Under the pieces are notes generated by a model. The model was not told the origin of the DNA. It did no database searches and saw only the letters and a list, made by a program, of their open reading frames with translations. Of a stretch of 60,000 nt of DNA, positions 12,181 to 25,809 are shown in pieces. How positions within the stretch are numbered: the stretch's first letter is position 1; every line of letters begins with the position of its first letter. Origin of the DNA: Squalus acanthias (lineage: Eukaryota); assembly GCA_030390025.1 (NCBI GenBank), contig CM059431.1, positions 113,896,001-113,956,000 of the forward strand, read 5' to 3'. Made by a program: the position numbers and the translations under genes.

Positions 12181-14483
12181 GAATACTACAATCAGAGCAC
12201 TGACTACTACAAACTTTAGAAAATGTTGAAGATATGTTGTAATATTTAACTGTTTTAATCAAACATTACTTTGTGTTGGGCTAATAGTTCTGAAATCTTT
12301 AGTACTGTTAAATGCTCTCTGAGAAATATTTTATCATCTTTCCCCAATATCCTTAAAAACCAAACTCTGTCTGTTTAACTGCAGATTTCATCACTTATAT
12401 GTAATGCAGACTTAGCAGCAGAACTTTGTCATTTGTTGAGTCTTGTTGATTTTACACTATCACACAAGCCTCTTTAGAACTGCAAAGGTCGTTTGTGCCC
12501 TTTTGTCCCAGGTGTGTCTCAGGTACTGTAGATAATGTCCTGTACAAGCAATGGAGCTTCCTTTGCTTCTTGATGATAGTGCGCTCTCAGTGAAGATTTT
12601 CAGCCGTTTTAACTACAAACAGCTGCACATTGATTCCCTGCTGTTTTTCTAATTCTTCTAAGCTACTGTACAGTCTATTCATCTGGAAAACTCCAAAAGG
12701 CATGACTAATTTGGATAATTAATTTGTAAAGACATTAACACTGCCAAATGAGCCTGATAAACAATTAAAGTTCATGTGAATTTGAAGTTAATAAGCAGGA
12801 TATTGCATATCAGCACATTCCTTACCTTTCCGAGGGATTTTATCATTTTCCCTATTTGAAAGAGAACAATAATTCATGCAAAGTGGGAAGTCCCTTCAGC
12901 TAGCTAGTGCGCTGTCTTATGTATTCTCAATTAAGAAGGTGTTTTCGAGCACTGCCGTAACAATGTTGCCATTCTATGGAAGCATAACAGGAGTGTGCGC
13001 CGTAATTATGCCAGAAAAGAAAGGATCTTGCACGGCCTGTTTAGGGGTTAATGAGACATTGGCAGCTTCCAGCTGAGGAGATAGAGCCAGTTTAGCACAG
13101 CTTCAAGAGGAAACCACCCATAGGGGTTTCCTTTGAAGTGTCAAAAGGTCCCCTTGTTCTGGGTGGCTCATGTTTCATTTGTCTGAGTGGCGTATAAAAA
13201 ATAGATGAGCTGCCAGCAGCAGCCTTTCCGACATTATTCCTGGATTGTATTTCCAATAGGTTTGCCTGTAAATAAATTTGGGTAGGAGAGATATAAAACA
13301 GAGGAGTTGGGGGGAAAAAAAACATTTAAGGTATAGTATCTAAAGATTTCCAAATTTTCCATTGGGGGGCGGGGGGGGGCAACTTTAACACACCACATTC
13401 TGTCTGGAAGTTTATTTTTTTCTGCTTATAGAATACGTGTATTTTAACATTTTGTCAATGTTGCTATTTCTTAAACAGTACAATAAAACGAAACTAAATC
13501 ATATTATCATTTGTCTATTTTAATCGGGGTAAATTGAAAAATTATTCCGTCTTCCATAGGTCTTCTGTAACTTTAATGATTGATTGATGTTAAACGTGGG
13601 GATGTGTGCACGTATTGTCTGTTTAGTAAATTAAAGTGTAATATTTGGAAATTACATCCATGTTGCTAATGTGTTAATCACATCTAATTAAATAAATAAC
13701 ATCTTCTGGAAAATCATAGAAAGCTGTATGTTGTCAACAATAACATGGTATAATGTGTTGCACTTTGTAATTCCACTTTTAAATTTAGCCGCAGTCTTTG
13801 GAACCTAACAGTTACTGTCCTAAACTCTAACAGTGACTTAAATTTAGTTTCTTTAGTATCTCGATTGCAGCTTCTAAGGGATACATGGAGTATACAGAAT
13901 AGTAAGTTGTACAATGTCAGATTTGTCTGCATAAATTTCTTCACACATGGAGCAAACATCATATTCAACAAATTCTCTTTATACAATATAAATGTTCCAA
14001 TTTCATGCTATTTTGTTAAACATTGAAAATAAACTTACCTAATGGAGTTAAGGTCCAGTACAAGCCCTATTTATTTGCACAGAATAAAGTATTATGAAGT
14101 AGGACCATTTGGAAGTGAGTTGTTATGGTTATGACTAACATTGGCTGGAGCGGAGAGTAAATGTACATTTGCTTGAGTTATTTTTCCAATTGCAAAAGCT
14201 CTTAGGAACATAGTTCTGACCAGGTTCTTACCTCCAATATATGGAATAAACTTCTGAGGTAACTGTTTATCACATATTCTTATTGCCTTTATGTGTTATA
14301 AAATGGTATAACAGGTAGACTTTGTATCCTACAACAACAACTTGCATTTATATAGTGCCTTTAACATTGTAAAACATTCCTACTTTTAACTCTTAGTACA
14401 AGAAGACAATTTACGTTTGAATGGAATTGGTGCCAGAGGGTCATAGGTGCTAATTGGAACCAAAAAGGCTTGATAGAGTCATA

Positions 14484-15315
14484 GGGCGCGATCTTGCCAG
14501 CCCTGGGGAGGCGGGTATGGAGGCGGAACTGCCGGGAAAATGGCAGAATCTGGGGGCAGGTGCCAATCCCGCCCTCAACCCGCCTCCATGCCATCTTCCC
14601 GGGAGGCGGGTAGCCGACCCGCGCCGGGTCCTGTCTCCTGGAGGCGGGAATGGGATTACAGCCACTTAACTGCCTGTTAACAGGTAGTTAACAGGCAGAT
14701 AAGAGGATTATTCCCATTTTACCCATACAAGTGCGGGCTTCCTGAAGGCTCCGAACCCCGCCAGGGTCAGCGAGGCAAGCAGTGGGTCTGGCAGGGGTCG
14801 GAGGGGTGCAAAAGTGCGCTGTGAAGGTAAGTGATGGGTGCAAGAGTGGAGAGGTAAGTATGTGAGGTGAGTGGAAAGTGATAGAAAATGTTTCTTCCTG
14901 CAGGCTTCAAACGTTGGGGATGCGGAGAGTCTCGCATCTCACCGGCAGAGATGACAGCTGGCTGCTGCATTCTCCAATGCAACAACCATCTAATTTCTGC
15001 TCACAAAAGAGGTTTGATGAGTCTTGAATACAAGAACTCATCAAACAACAGAGAATGTCAGTGTTTGACAGCTTCACAGAGCTGTAAAACAATGACAATT
15101 CATCTGTCAAAAATTTTTGACAGATGAAACGTCATACGCTGACGTTCTCTGTAACCGGCTTCCCCTTAATTGGCCTGCTAAGCCCGCTGGGCGGGCTTAA
15201 AAAGGTCAATCAAGGGAAAATAGCGTGGGTTGGCCAGAAGTCGATGGAGGCGGGACTAAAACCCGACAAGTGGGAGTCCCGCCTCCAAAAGCTCCCCATT
15301 GGCAAAATCCAGCCC
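14484..15315. mobile_element. Harbinger-type MITE inserted in a CR1 (ATAGAATC)n tail
   Basis: TIRs GGGCGCGATCTTGCCA / TGGCAAAATCCAGCCC; flanks ATA/ACA; same TIR class as 49859-50604. Confidence 0.78.
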
Positions 15316-15675
15316 ACAGAATCATAGAAATTTATGGCACAAAAGTAGGCCATTCGGCCCATCGTGTCTGTGCTGGCCGTAAAAGAGCTATCCACCCTAA
15401 TCCCTTATTCAGCTCTTGGTCCATAGCCCCTCTAGGTTACGGCACTTCAAGTGCATATCCAAATACTTTTTAAATGCAATGAGGGTTTCTGCCTCTGCCA
15501 CCCTTTCAGGTGGTGAGTTCCAGACCCTCACCAGCCTCTGGGTGAAAAAAGTTCTCCTCAACGCCCCTCTAATCCTTCTACCAATTACTTTAAGTCTATG
15601 CCCCCTGGTTATTGACCTCTCTGCTAAGGGAAATAGGTCCTTCCTATCCACTCTATCTAGGCCCCTGATCATTTT
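15316..15675 (-). mobile_element. CR1 LINE 3' fragment
   Basis: KMIRGLDRVDRKDLFPLA...FFTQRLVRVWNSP plus tail. Confidence 0.9.
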
Positions 15676-16149
15676 ATTTATATTTATATTTAAAAAATAA
15701 AAAACTATGTCACAGATGCAAGCAGATAGAACCATAACAGTAATAGAACCAAATATTTGAAACTTGATATTGTCTTAGAACTCCTTACTTTCATATTACA
15801 TATAAATTTAGTTTCTTCAGTACCGCCACTCCGATACCATGAGGCTTTTATAAATTTAGTCTGTGCATCTAAATAAGTACCACTGTTCAAGGGCTTATCT
15901 AATATGTATGTACCCTACATATATGTATAAAAGCAGTGACACAGAACACTTCTCTGTCCTCACCCCTCTAACACCGTGACAAGAAAGTCTTGTGCCAGTG
16001 GTAATGGAGGAATTAAAATTAATTCCTTTGTGTTTATGTTCACCCTTCTTGTCACTGATGTATTTATCAGTACTACAATGGAAATCAAATCTGGTCTACA
16101 GTTGTTTTGTTTTTAAATGCTAGACTATTCTCTGCTATTTGTACGGGTA

Positions 16150-16515
16150 CTTGTGCAAGTGTATAATTTTGGGGTCATACAAACCAGAAGGTTCCAAGTT
16201 TAATCCACAGTCTTTGCTCAATTAACTGATGTCAGAAAAGGTGTCAACAAAAGTGGCTACAATTGGCCACAGCGGCCATATGCTAAGAAGGGGTTAAACC
16301 AGCAAGGTTTCCGATTGCTATCCCTGCTGGAAAATGCATGTGAGGATGTTGGCTGAAGTTCAGGTGTCACGGACCCATGGTCAATTAGCCTATTGATACT
16401 CACTGTCTAGTCACCCATGAAGAGTAGCCACTTGACTAAGGTACAGAAGGACAGCTTGCGCACGTGGAACAATACCCCAGCTAGAGTCAGCAGCTTTAGA
16501 AGAAGGGTGAAAATA
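16150..16515 (+). mobile_element. Ancient AmnSINE2-like SINE
   Basis: CATACAAACCAGAAGGTTCCAAGTT...CTACAATTGGCC...CCTGCTGGAAAATG...TAGCCTATTGATACTCACTGTCTAG...ATGAAGAGTAGCCACTTG. Family name from a recalled consensus. Confidence 0.6.
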
Positions 16516-18113
16516 GGAGTTTACAACAACACAACACCCACTCAGCATCATTGAATAAGATACGTGTTTTGTTCTGTGGCAATAAGAAGCCCTAGTAAAA
16601 TCAACATTGACACCAATGCTCATTGTGATTAAACTTTGTGCATTGTATTGTGATCCTAGCATTAGAAGAACAGATTTGATTTGAACCAGTGTGAAGAGTA
16701 CACAATTCAGTTTTACTTTGAGGCTGACTGAGCATGATTGACTCATGCCATCATTAAGTGAAAACTGGTCTTCACAAACTCTTAACAGATCACCACTTTC
16801 ACATCCATTTCAGATAATTACATGTTAAAATGCATTGCTACAATGTTGACAAGTGTGAAAGATAAGATTACTAACAAACCATTACTGCAGTAACTTTTAT
16901 TTTTCGGGGGCGATACTCCTGGAATTCTGGCAGATACAAACACAAGAGAAAGGGAATACTGGGTTACATTCAGTCTTTTGATCTGGCTGAGTACCAGTTG
17001 GGAAATTTATCTTTACAGGATGGAAAATATTGCATCAAAATCTCTCAAAAGGTCCTTGAGAGCTCAGGATGCTTGAAGATTGTTCTTTGTATTTGAAGCC
17101 TTAACAAAACCAAAAATGTGCACCCTTCACTTTGAGCACTTTTTTTTTATTTATTCTGCATGCAGCTACCTTGAAAACCGGAATGGGAAGGTTGCCAGAA
17201 CATCAAGGGTTCGCCAACTTGAGTGGCTGACAGACTTAAGTAATACTGAAACAGTCATTAAAAATACAACATAGCTTACAAAATGGTACATCAAAGTAAA
17301 ATTACAACAATGGTTCAAACTCAGAAGGACATGAACAGTGGCATTACAAAGAGGAAAATGCTATTGTTATGAACGTTACTTTTAGTGACTAGAGTTATAC
17401 TTTCCTCTGTTCATTAAAAAGAGAAATCTACCTATTTTTTTTCCTAATTTTCAACCTGCTAACAAAATTGCGCAAAAAATATGGTTTTCAGATGCGTGAT
17501 TTCTAAGAATATGATTTTGATTGTGAGAACGTAAAAAAGACAATCATGATTTCCCCTGTAATAATAAGTCCTTTAATGATTCTCGAGCATTTAATGAGCC
17601 ACTTAGCCAATATAAATGTTGGAAAGCCCATTGTTCCAGCCTTGGAATGCACAAAATTTGTACTAAATGGCTCAATGAAAATTGAAAACAAATCGTCTTT
17701 TATCTAGAACACCCCACACGTCATAAGCAACGGGAATGAAACCTCAATCTGACTGATTTCTTACTGTCATTTGCAACATTCTCACAGTAACATGATGGCA
17801 AGACAACCCTGTCACTTGTAGGAATTAGTTGCCCAAATACAAATAAAAACTAATCCCTGGGAATCTGTTCTGGGAACTGTGCAGTGATTCCTGTTACTAT
17901 AGTATCTGATAGTGGATCCACAAAGGGTGTTGGTTTTGGTTGAGGATCTAAAATGGGCAGATTATATCAATTTTAAATCTCATGTTGTAAGAAATATAAC
18001 TTGTCCGTGTTAGGGCTCAGTTCCCAATTATCCTTTGTGTCTCTGTAGCAAGCCAGTATTTCTCCCTATGTGTCTGTGGTACTGAATCTGCGTAATCTGT
18101 TTTCATTTCTATA

Positions 18114-18565
18114 CAAGAAAGAACTTGCATTTAAATAGCACCTTACCATGTCCTTAGTATGTTCCAAAGCACTTTACAACCAATTAATTACTTTTTGAAG
18201 TGCAGTAGCTATTGTTATGGAGACAAATGTGGTAACCAATTCATACATCGTAAGGTCCTACAAACAGCAAATGAGTAAATTAATAATGACGAGATAGCTG
18301 TTTTTGGTGGTACTTGCTAGGAAAGAATGTTGGCCAGGACAAGAAGAACTCCATGCTCTTCTTCAAATAGTGCCATGGAATATTTTATGTCCACCTGAGC
18401 AGGCAGATTTGTTTAAAGTCTCATCCAAAAGACGGTACCTTTGACCACGCAGTGCTCCGTTAGTACTACACTGAAGTGTTAACCTAGATTATGTGCTCGG
18501 GCCTGTAGTGGAGCTTGAGCCCACAACCTTCTGACACAGAAGCTGAGACAAGCAACTGAGCCAAT
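18114..18565 (-). mobile_element. L2-tailed SINE (SacSINE1/Deu-like), full length
   Basis: Collinear with 4929-5316. Confidence 0.83.
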
Positions 18566-18603
18566 CTAACACACAATACATAATCATTTTTAATATAAGT
18601 ACA

Positions 18604-18905
18604 CTCTGTGCCCTCGCCACTGACACCATCCCCCTCCCTGGCCATTGGCTGAATCAGACTGTTTGAAACCTTGGCATCCTATTCAACCTAGGGCCCAGCT
18701 TCCGACCCCATATAATCTCCAGGACATAGACTGCCTACTTACGCCTCTGTAACATCACCCATCGCCACCTCAGCCTATCTGCTGCTGAAACCTTCATCTA
18801 TCCCTTTGTTACCTCCAGATTTAACTATTCCAGTGCTCTCCTGGTCAGCCTCCCATCCTCCACACGCCATAAACTTCAGCTCAACCAAACCTCTTGCCTA
18901 TATCC
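18604..18905 (+). mobile_element. L2 LINE fragment
   Basis: Collinear with 20430-20750. Confidence 0.8.
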
Positions 18906-19056
18906 TATTACAGTGGTGGAGCAGGAGTAGCTCTGAGGAAATTCCCGGCTTTTATTCCACGTCATCAATATACTGGGTACTTTTACCTTACATCAGCAAA
19001 GTATCTAATTCCCCCACACTCTGCAGTCTAGTCACCCCTGAACCTCCCAAAGCCAA

Positions 19057-19450
19057 GGGGGGTGAAATTGGGTGCCTTTGCACCTCCTGTTAGTGCCCCC
19101 CGGGGAGTGCTAACGGGGCGCAAATGGCTTTCTGACCGGGCGTGGTGCTGATATCAACTCCTGCCGTATTCGGCGAGAGTTTTGCGAAGGCGCTACGGCG
19201 ATGCGCCCCGATCTCCTTCGCCCGGAGATCGTGACATCATCGCCATGCGCATCACCCCAGTATAACTCCGGACCCGAAATTGACTTCTGCCCCCTGTAAC
19301 AGCGCCGGATGAAAACACCAACAGCTACAGGAGGCGTGCATCGGGCAACCGGCCGCTTTAGGGGGGGGGAGGGGGGGTGATGATTAAAGGTAAGGTGGTC
19401 GAGGTAAGTAGAAAAAAAAACTTACCTTTCCTGTTCTAGTTTTTTTTGCG
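19057..19450. mobile_element. Harbinger-type MITE, one arm only (truncated)
   Basis: GGGGGTGAAATTGGGTGCCTTTGCACCTCCTGTTAGTGCC matches the reverse complement of the right end of 5335-6149. Confidence 0.72.
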
Positions 19451-19464
19451 GTTTTGCTGTTCAC

Positions 19465-20417
19465 AGTTTACATTAACGATTTAGACTTAGGAATCAAAAA
19501 CACAATTTCTAAATTTGCGGATGACACCAAATTGGGGGGGGATAGTCAATACAGAGGAGGACTGCAACAAATTACATGAGGACATTAATAAACTTGCAGA
19601 ATGGGCATATAATTGGCAAATGAAGTTCAACACAGATAAATGTGAGGTAGTACATTTTGGTAGGATGAATAGGGAGGTCACTTATCACTTGGAAGGCACA
19701 AGTCTAGGTGGGGTAGAGGAACAAAGGGATCTAGGGGTACAAATACACAAATCACTAAAGGTTGCGACACAGGTTAACAAGGCCATAAAAGAAGAAAACC
19801 AAGCACTAGAGTTTATTTCTAGAGGGATAGAATTGAAAAGTAGGGAAGTTATGCTAAACTTGCATCGAACCTTGGTTAGACCACACTTGAAGTACTGCGT
19901 ACAGTTCTGGTTGCCATATTCTAAAAAGGATCTAGAGGCACTAGAGAGGGTGCAGAGAAGATTTACAAGGATGATACCAGAAATGCGAGGGTATATATAT
20001 CAGGAAAGGATGAACAGGCTGGGTCTCTTTTCTCTTGAAAAAAGGCTGAGGGGTGACCTAATAGAGGTCTTTAAAATTATGAAAAATTTTGATAGAGTGG
20101 ATACAGAGAGAACTGTTTCCACTTGTGGGGAAGAGCATAACTAGAGGCCATCAATATAAGATAATCATTCACCTAGAAATCCAATGGGGAATTCAGAAGA
20201 AACTTCTTTACCCAAAGAGTGGTGAGAATGTGGAACTCGCTACCACAGGGAGTGGTTGAAGCAAATAGTATAGATGCATTTAAGGGGAGGCGAGACAAAC
20301 ATATGAGGGAAAAGGGAATAGAGGGTTCTGCTGATAGATTTAGATGAGGAAAGACGGGAGGTGGCTTGTGTGGACCATAAATGCCGAAATGGCCTGTTTC
20401 TGTGCCGTATCTGTTTC
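19465..20417 (+). mobile_element. CR1 LINE 3' part (RT C-terminus to tail), frameshifted
   Basis: KFADDTK; WQMKFNTDKCEVVHFG; LVRPHLKYCVQFW; RLRGDLIEVFKI. Confidence 0.95.
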
Positions 20418-20419
20418 TG

Positions 20420-21236
20420 TTTCCGCCACAAACTCCGTTCCCTAGCCACTGACTCCATCCCTCGCCCGAACATCTGTCTTAGGTTGAACCACACTGTTTG
20501 CAACCTTGGTGTCATATTTGACCCTGAAATGAGCTTCCAACCACATATCTGCAGCATAACAAAAACCGCCTACTTCCACCTCCGTAACATCGCTCATCTC
20601 CGCCCTTGCCTCAGCTCATCCGCTGCTGAAACCCTCATCCATGCCTTTGTTACCTCTAGACTCCACTATTCCAATGCGCTCCTGGCTGGCCTCCCACATT
20701 CCACCCTACGTAAACTTGAGGTCATCCAAAACTCGGCTGCCCGTGTCTTAACTCGCACCAAGTCCCGTTCGCCCATCTCCCCTGTGCTCGCTGACCTACA
20801 TTGGCTCCCAGTTAAGCAGCACCTCGATTTCAAAATTCTCATCCTTGTTTTCAGATCCCTCCATGACCTCGCCCCTCCCTATCTCTGTAATCTCCTCCAG
20901 CCCCACAACCCCCCACCCCCGAGATATCTGCACCCCATCTAATTCTGCCCTCTTGAGCATCCCTGATTATAATCGCTCAACCTTTGGTGGCCATGCCTTC
21001 TGTTGCCTAGGCCCCAAGCTCTGGAACTCCCTGCCTAAACCTCTCCACCTCGCTACCACTCTTTCCTCCTTTAAGACGCTCCTTAAAACCTACCTCTTTG
21101 ACCAAGCTTTTGATCACCTGCCCTAATTTATCCTTATGTGGTTCGGTGTCAAATTTTTTGTCTTAAAATACTCCTGTGCAGCGCCTTGGGACGTTTTACT
21201 ACATTAAAGGCGCTATATAAATACAAGTTGTTGTTG
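20420..21236 (+). mobile_element. L2 LINE 3' fragment with tail
   Basis: NLGVIFDPEMSF...HLRNIA...AETLIHAFVTSRL...SFKTLLKTYLF; (TTG)n tail. Confidence 0.95.
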
Positions 21237-23254
21237 TATATCCTATGTAATCTTATATAAAATGGTTGATACCAAATTTTTCCCCCAAGGAGTTTTGTGT
21301 GTATGCCACATAGGAACAGAAGCCTACCATATGATCTTCAACTTGGTTTATTAAGAGGCTTGACTTACATCTGGTATTCCTGACCTGAATCCCTGTGACT
21401 GAAGCTGCCACCTTTCTTTGCCTAACTAGTAATGGAGCATTAGTCAGAAAAAGATTACTGCTTCCTTGTGCAGCAAAAACGCTCCATTAACACAGTCTCA
21501 CTTAATTGGTTCATGAATTGTTTAAAGTATTGATTTAAGTAGTCAATCACTTGAATCATTGTACACACAAGGTCTACCTGGATTGGTTCCTTTAAATTCC
21601 CAATTTGACCTGTTCCCAGAATCCTCTTGACCATTCACAAATCATTACTCCTCTTTCTTCAAACACCAACTATAACATTAGGGTAGCTCAGAGTATTTAA
21701 ACCTATTTAGGTATCCGCTGATCAGTCCAGATTCTATGTATCCTTCATCAATAAATTTTATTTATCTCCTGTTTGTTTGTCTGATCTTATTTTAACTATT
21801 ATTACCTCCATTGCCATTGTTTCAATCACAGCAATCTAATCAGCATGGCGAGTAATCTCCTGCTTTAGATGTTATTGGCTTCTGTCTTCTAGCCATGATC
21901 TGAAAGCTGGGTATTATTATAATTCCCAAGTTAGTTATTAAAGGCTCTTGTAAAATACTCATTAACTTGAACCATAGGATTCTCTTTTCCTCAGGAAGTC
22001 GCACCATCAATATCTGAATAGAATCACCATATTTTGGTTAGTTCAGATTACTCTTAGCTGAATACAAATAATATTTGTTAGCATAAGACAGAGGGAGGTT
22101 TAAAATATTACCATTAGCCACTCTGTGACCAGGTGCTTAGAATCTGTTATATAATCTGCAGGTCACAGTGTGCATTAAAGAATGACTAAGTTACCCTTGG
22201 AAAAAAAATTCCAAACAATTTTATATTAGATTGTTTAATCCAAATGGCTAATGTTGAATTTTGGTTTTAGTTGATAATAGTGATGGTCAGGCTAGTCTCA
22301 GTTAGACCTATTACTTGCAGTTCTTTGTCACCGTTTTGGTTAACTGGTACATCAATCAGCAATTGGGAAATAAGACACTTTAAAAAACTATTTTACTATT
22401 CTCCACCACTCAGCAACGTCAACAGCTTTTCCAAACTCGCAGAGCTCATAGCTTTACTACATACCCATCGCTCCGCCTTAATCTGTATTTAGGTTCAAAA
22501 CTGCTTGCGCTATGTAGCAACAAGAGACAGCGACAGAATTGAAGTTAACCAGATTGAAGCATCTTATTGCAAACTATTTTTGTACTCATATGAAAACCGT
22601 CATCCTCATCTCAGCAATGTACAGGAGTGGATTCTTCACTGAAATAGAGCCCATGTGCATTGTAATACTCCTGAGCTTTGCATGGCATTAGGAACCGGCA
22701 ATTGATGATGTTAGGCAGATGAAAGACACTACTGTATGCAAAATACCGTCCAATAGATACAAGTAGCATTAGGTAAATTGAGATTAGTAACTCAAATTAA
22801 AAACGTAATAAAATGTAGCAACAAGTTATATCGCATTTGAGATCTGATTTATTTTAATCATACAAACAACGGTTGCGAAAATGGATAGTTGAAGTGAAAC
22901 TGGATCCCAGTGATGAAGTCATTTCTGTCCTTGCATTACTCATCTTTCTTTTCAATTAATGATTGATTTTACCACTGCGGTTTAGAGCAAGCCATTTATG
23001 AGCATGCAGCAGCCACTATTGAAAAGCAAACTCAGTAGCTTCATGTACATCACTAACCCATTCTAGCTCTCTTCATATCATGAAATAATATTCTGGCCTT
23101 AGCACCCCACTCCCTGTTAAACACTGAAAGAGCAGCGTTATCACGTTGTCAGTAGCATATGTATATTTAACGGTAGAAACAATTCCCAGCCCTAATGGCC
23201 TACTTGCTAAAGGAACTACCTAGTATGACATTATATGTCACACAGATGAAAGCA

Positions 23255-23492
23255 TCCCAGGTGCTGACTCAGCTAGGGCAACGACTGGGGGAAGATAAAA
23301 ATCAGCCGGGATTCCTGCTTTGAATCACAATCCACTGACTCCAGTTGGAAAGTGTACCAGGTTGGGACTTGGCTGTGGTGCCCACTATGGTTGAATATCC
23401 TGTTGACTCACCATTCTGGCTCATGCATGAAGAACAGCCACTTTAACTAGGTGTTGGAGGATCGGTGGCACTTGTAGAAGCATGCCCCAAAA
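23255..23492 (+). mobile_element. AmnSINE2-like SINE fragment
   Basis: AAAAATCAGCCGGGATTCCTGCT...TGGAAAGTG...GGCTGTGGTGCCC...CATGAAGAACAGCCACTT. Confidence 0.6.
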
Positions 23493-23494
23493 GT

Positions 23495-24004
23495 TATTTT
23501 ATATTCATTGATGGGATGTGGGCGTCGCTGTCAAGGCCAGCATTTATTGCCCATCCCTAGTTGCCCTCGAGAAGGTGGTGGTGAGCCGCCTTCTTGAACC
23601 GCTGCAGTCCGTGTGGTGAAGGTACTCCCACAGTGCTGTTAGGGAGGGAGTTCCAGGGTTTTGACCCAGCGATGATGAAAGGACGGCAATATATTTCCAA
23701 GTTAGGATGGTGTGTGACTTGGAGGGGAACTTGGTGGTGTTCCCATGCACTTGCTGCCCTTATCCTTCTAGGTGGTAGAGGTCGCGGGTTTGGGAGGTGC
23801 TGTCAAAGAAGCCTTGGCGAGTTGCTGCAGTGCATCTTGAAGATGGTACACACTGCAGCCACGGTACGCCGGTGGTGGAGGGAGTGAATGTTTAAGGTGG
23901 TGGATGGGGTGCCAATCAAGCGGGCTGCTTTGTCCTGGATGGTGTCGAGCTTCTTGAGTGTTGTTGGAGCTGCACTCATCCAGGCAAGTGGAGAGTATTC
24001 CATG
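23495..24004 (-). mobile_element. CR1/L2-group (Crack-like) LINE 3' fragment
   Basis: MEYSPLAWMSAAPTTLKKLDTIQDKAARLIG...LHHRRTVAA; the 3' tail is also found at 49307-49420. Confidence 0.8.
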
Positions 24005-24959
24005 GTAGATTGTAGACAAGAGGGGAGAAAATAGAAAAAAGTAACAAATGCACAATAATAAGGTTAACGCCAATAAGATTAATATTAACGAGTGATGGAA
24101 CAGAGGTTTAGATAGTGTGAAGCTGAAGTGACTGAATTAATACAATGGATCACAGCACAGAAGTAAAAATGAAAAACACCTCCTGGGCAAATTTTATTTC
24201 TTTGGATGGCAGTACAATTAGAAGGACGTTAAGGTTTGCAGTTACTGTTAATTCTTTATTGAAAAAAATACCTCCATTGGATTATCTGGTTGTCAGCATT
24301 TGCCGATCAACGTGTTCACAGTAAAGCATGTCAACTCAATCAGCCGAGGTCGACATCATTACTGTTGTCAGGAAATAAAGCTGAGATTTCCAATTTTTGT
24401 TTTGTTTCGCAATGCTGCTTGAAGTAGGTGGAGGCTTATAGTTCACTAGTCTAATTAACATTAATATACCACATATTAGAAGGTTATGCTTACATGTTAA
24501 TTATTTTCGATACAGGAGGAGAAGAAATGAAGTTGGCTGAAAACACCTGCTATCTTCTTCCTTTGTTCTTAATAGGATTCTGGAATATCTACTATGAACA
24601 GCAGCCTCGCTACCACTAGTGATTATAATTGCTATGCCATTCCTCACAGGTTTCACCATCAGTAGTAAAAGTGAACGGGATAAGCTATTACAATCAAATT
24701 CTTAGTACTATTGTTCCTGTCTCAACACGTGGGATTCGATGCCTGATTGATTAATTGTTTGTTGCACTTGCCGTGTCAGGGACAAAAATATATGAGTTTC
24801 AGTGTCAAAATACTCCCACTAAAAAACAACCTGACTTTTTACTGTTAAACACTAAAAGAGCGGTGGTATTTCTTTGCCGACAGGCACAAAAATAGTCTTG
24901 TATCTCGATGAGCACTTACGAACAATGCCGAATGAAATTTTAAAAAGTAAACGATCCCA

Positions 24960-25300
24960 ATGTCTTAATGAGTAAAGCAGTGTCTGAAGCGTAAATGAAG
25001 CCACGCAGGCCAAAAAAGGCCCAAGTTCATTCCCTGGTCTGTGTTGAGTTTCTCTGTTTGAGTTTGATTGTAGCCAGGGTGAGAGTAGGGGTGTTTACAA
25101 CAGCCATGGCAGCAACGGGCGAGAGAGGGGATAAATCAACCACGGTTCCTGTTTCTGATCATTATCCAGTGACCCAAGCTGGAAAGCGTTTGAGTGTGGA
25201 TATCGGATAAAGATAGTGTCAAAGTTGGCTATAATGGCCTGCCTGGTCAAATATCTTCACACCATTCACTATCAAAGTGCACATATGAAGAATGGTCCAT
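24960..25300 (+). mobile_element. AmnSINE2-like SINE
   Basis: GGTCTGTGTTGAGTT...AAATCAACCACGGTTCCTGTTTCTGATCATTATCCAGTGACCC...GCTGGAAAG...ATGAAGAATGG. Confidence 0.6.
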
Positions 25301-25809
25301 AATATTGGGCAGGGAGGCCTGAGGCTTACTACACACCCAATGAGCATTGCCCATAAACCTGAAGCGCTTCGAGCCAGCTCACAGACTCGGGCCGATTTTA
25401 ACTCAGCCCACCTGGCAGAAACAGGGGGTTAAAATAGCTGTGGTGAACTTACCGCCTCATTCCCACTCCGCCAGTGTATTTACTAGAGCCTTCCGCTGGG
25501 CTGCCCAGTCGTCACCTGAATCAGGCAGGAGCCTCATTACTGAATCCAAATCGGGTTCAGATGACGTACATCGGACTTCTCAAGGGACAGCTGGGCGGAG
25601 TGTGTGATCCATCCAGTTGTACTGGGCGATGAAGAGGTAGAAGCCCCAAAAAAGTAGGTGAAAAATTATTATTACAGATCTAGGAGGAACAAGAGGGCTC
25701 CTCTGGGCTGCACAAGAGCTGATGCTGTCTGGGGTTCCTCCCTCCCATGTGTTCGGTTTCCACCCCAACCCCGCCCCCCCCCACCCCCCGCTTTGCATGC
25801 GCCTCATGT

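Noticed and set aside
20361..20942. CR1-L2 fusion protein ORF
   Set aside because: Chance read-through from a CR1 3' UTR into an adjacent truncated L2.
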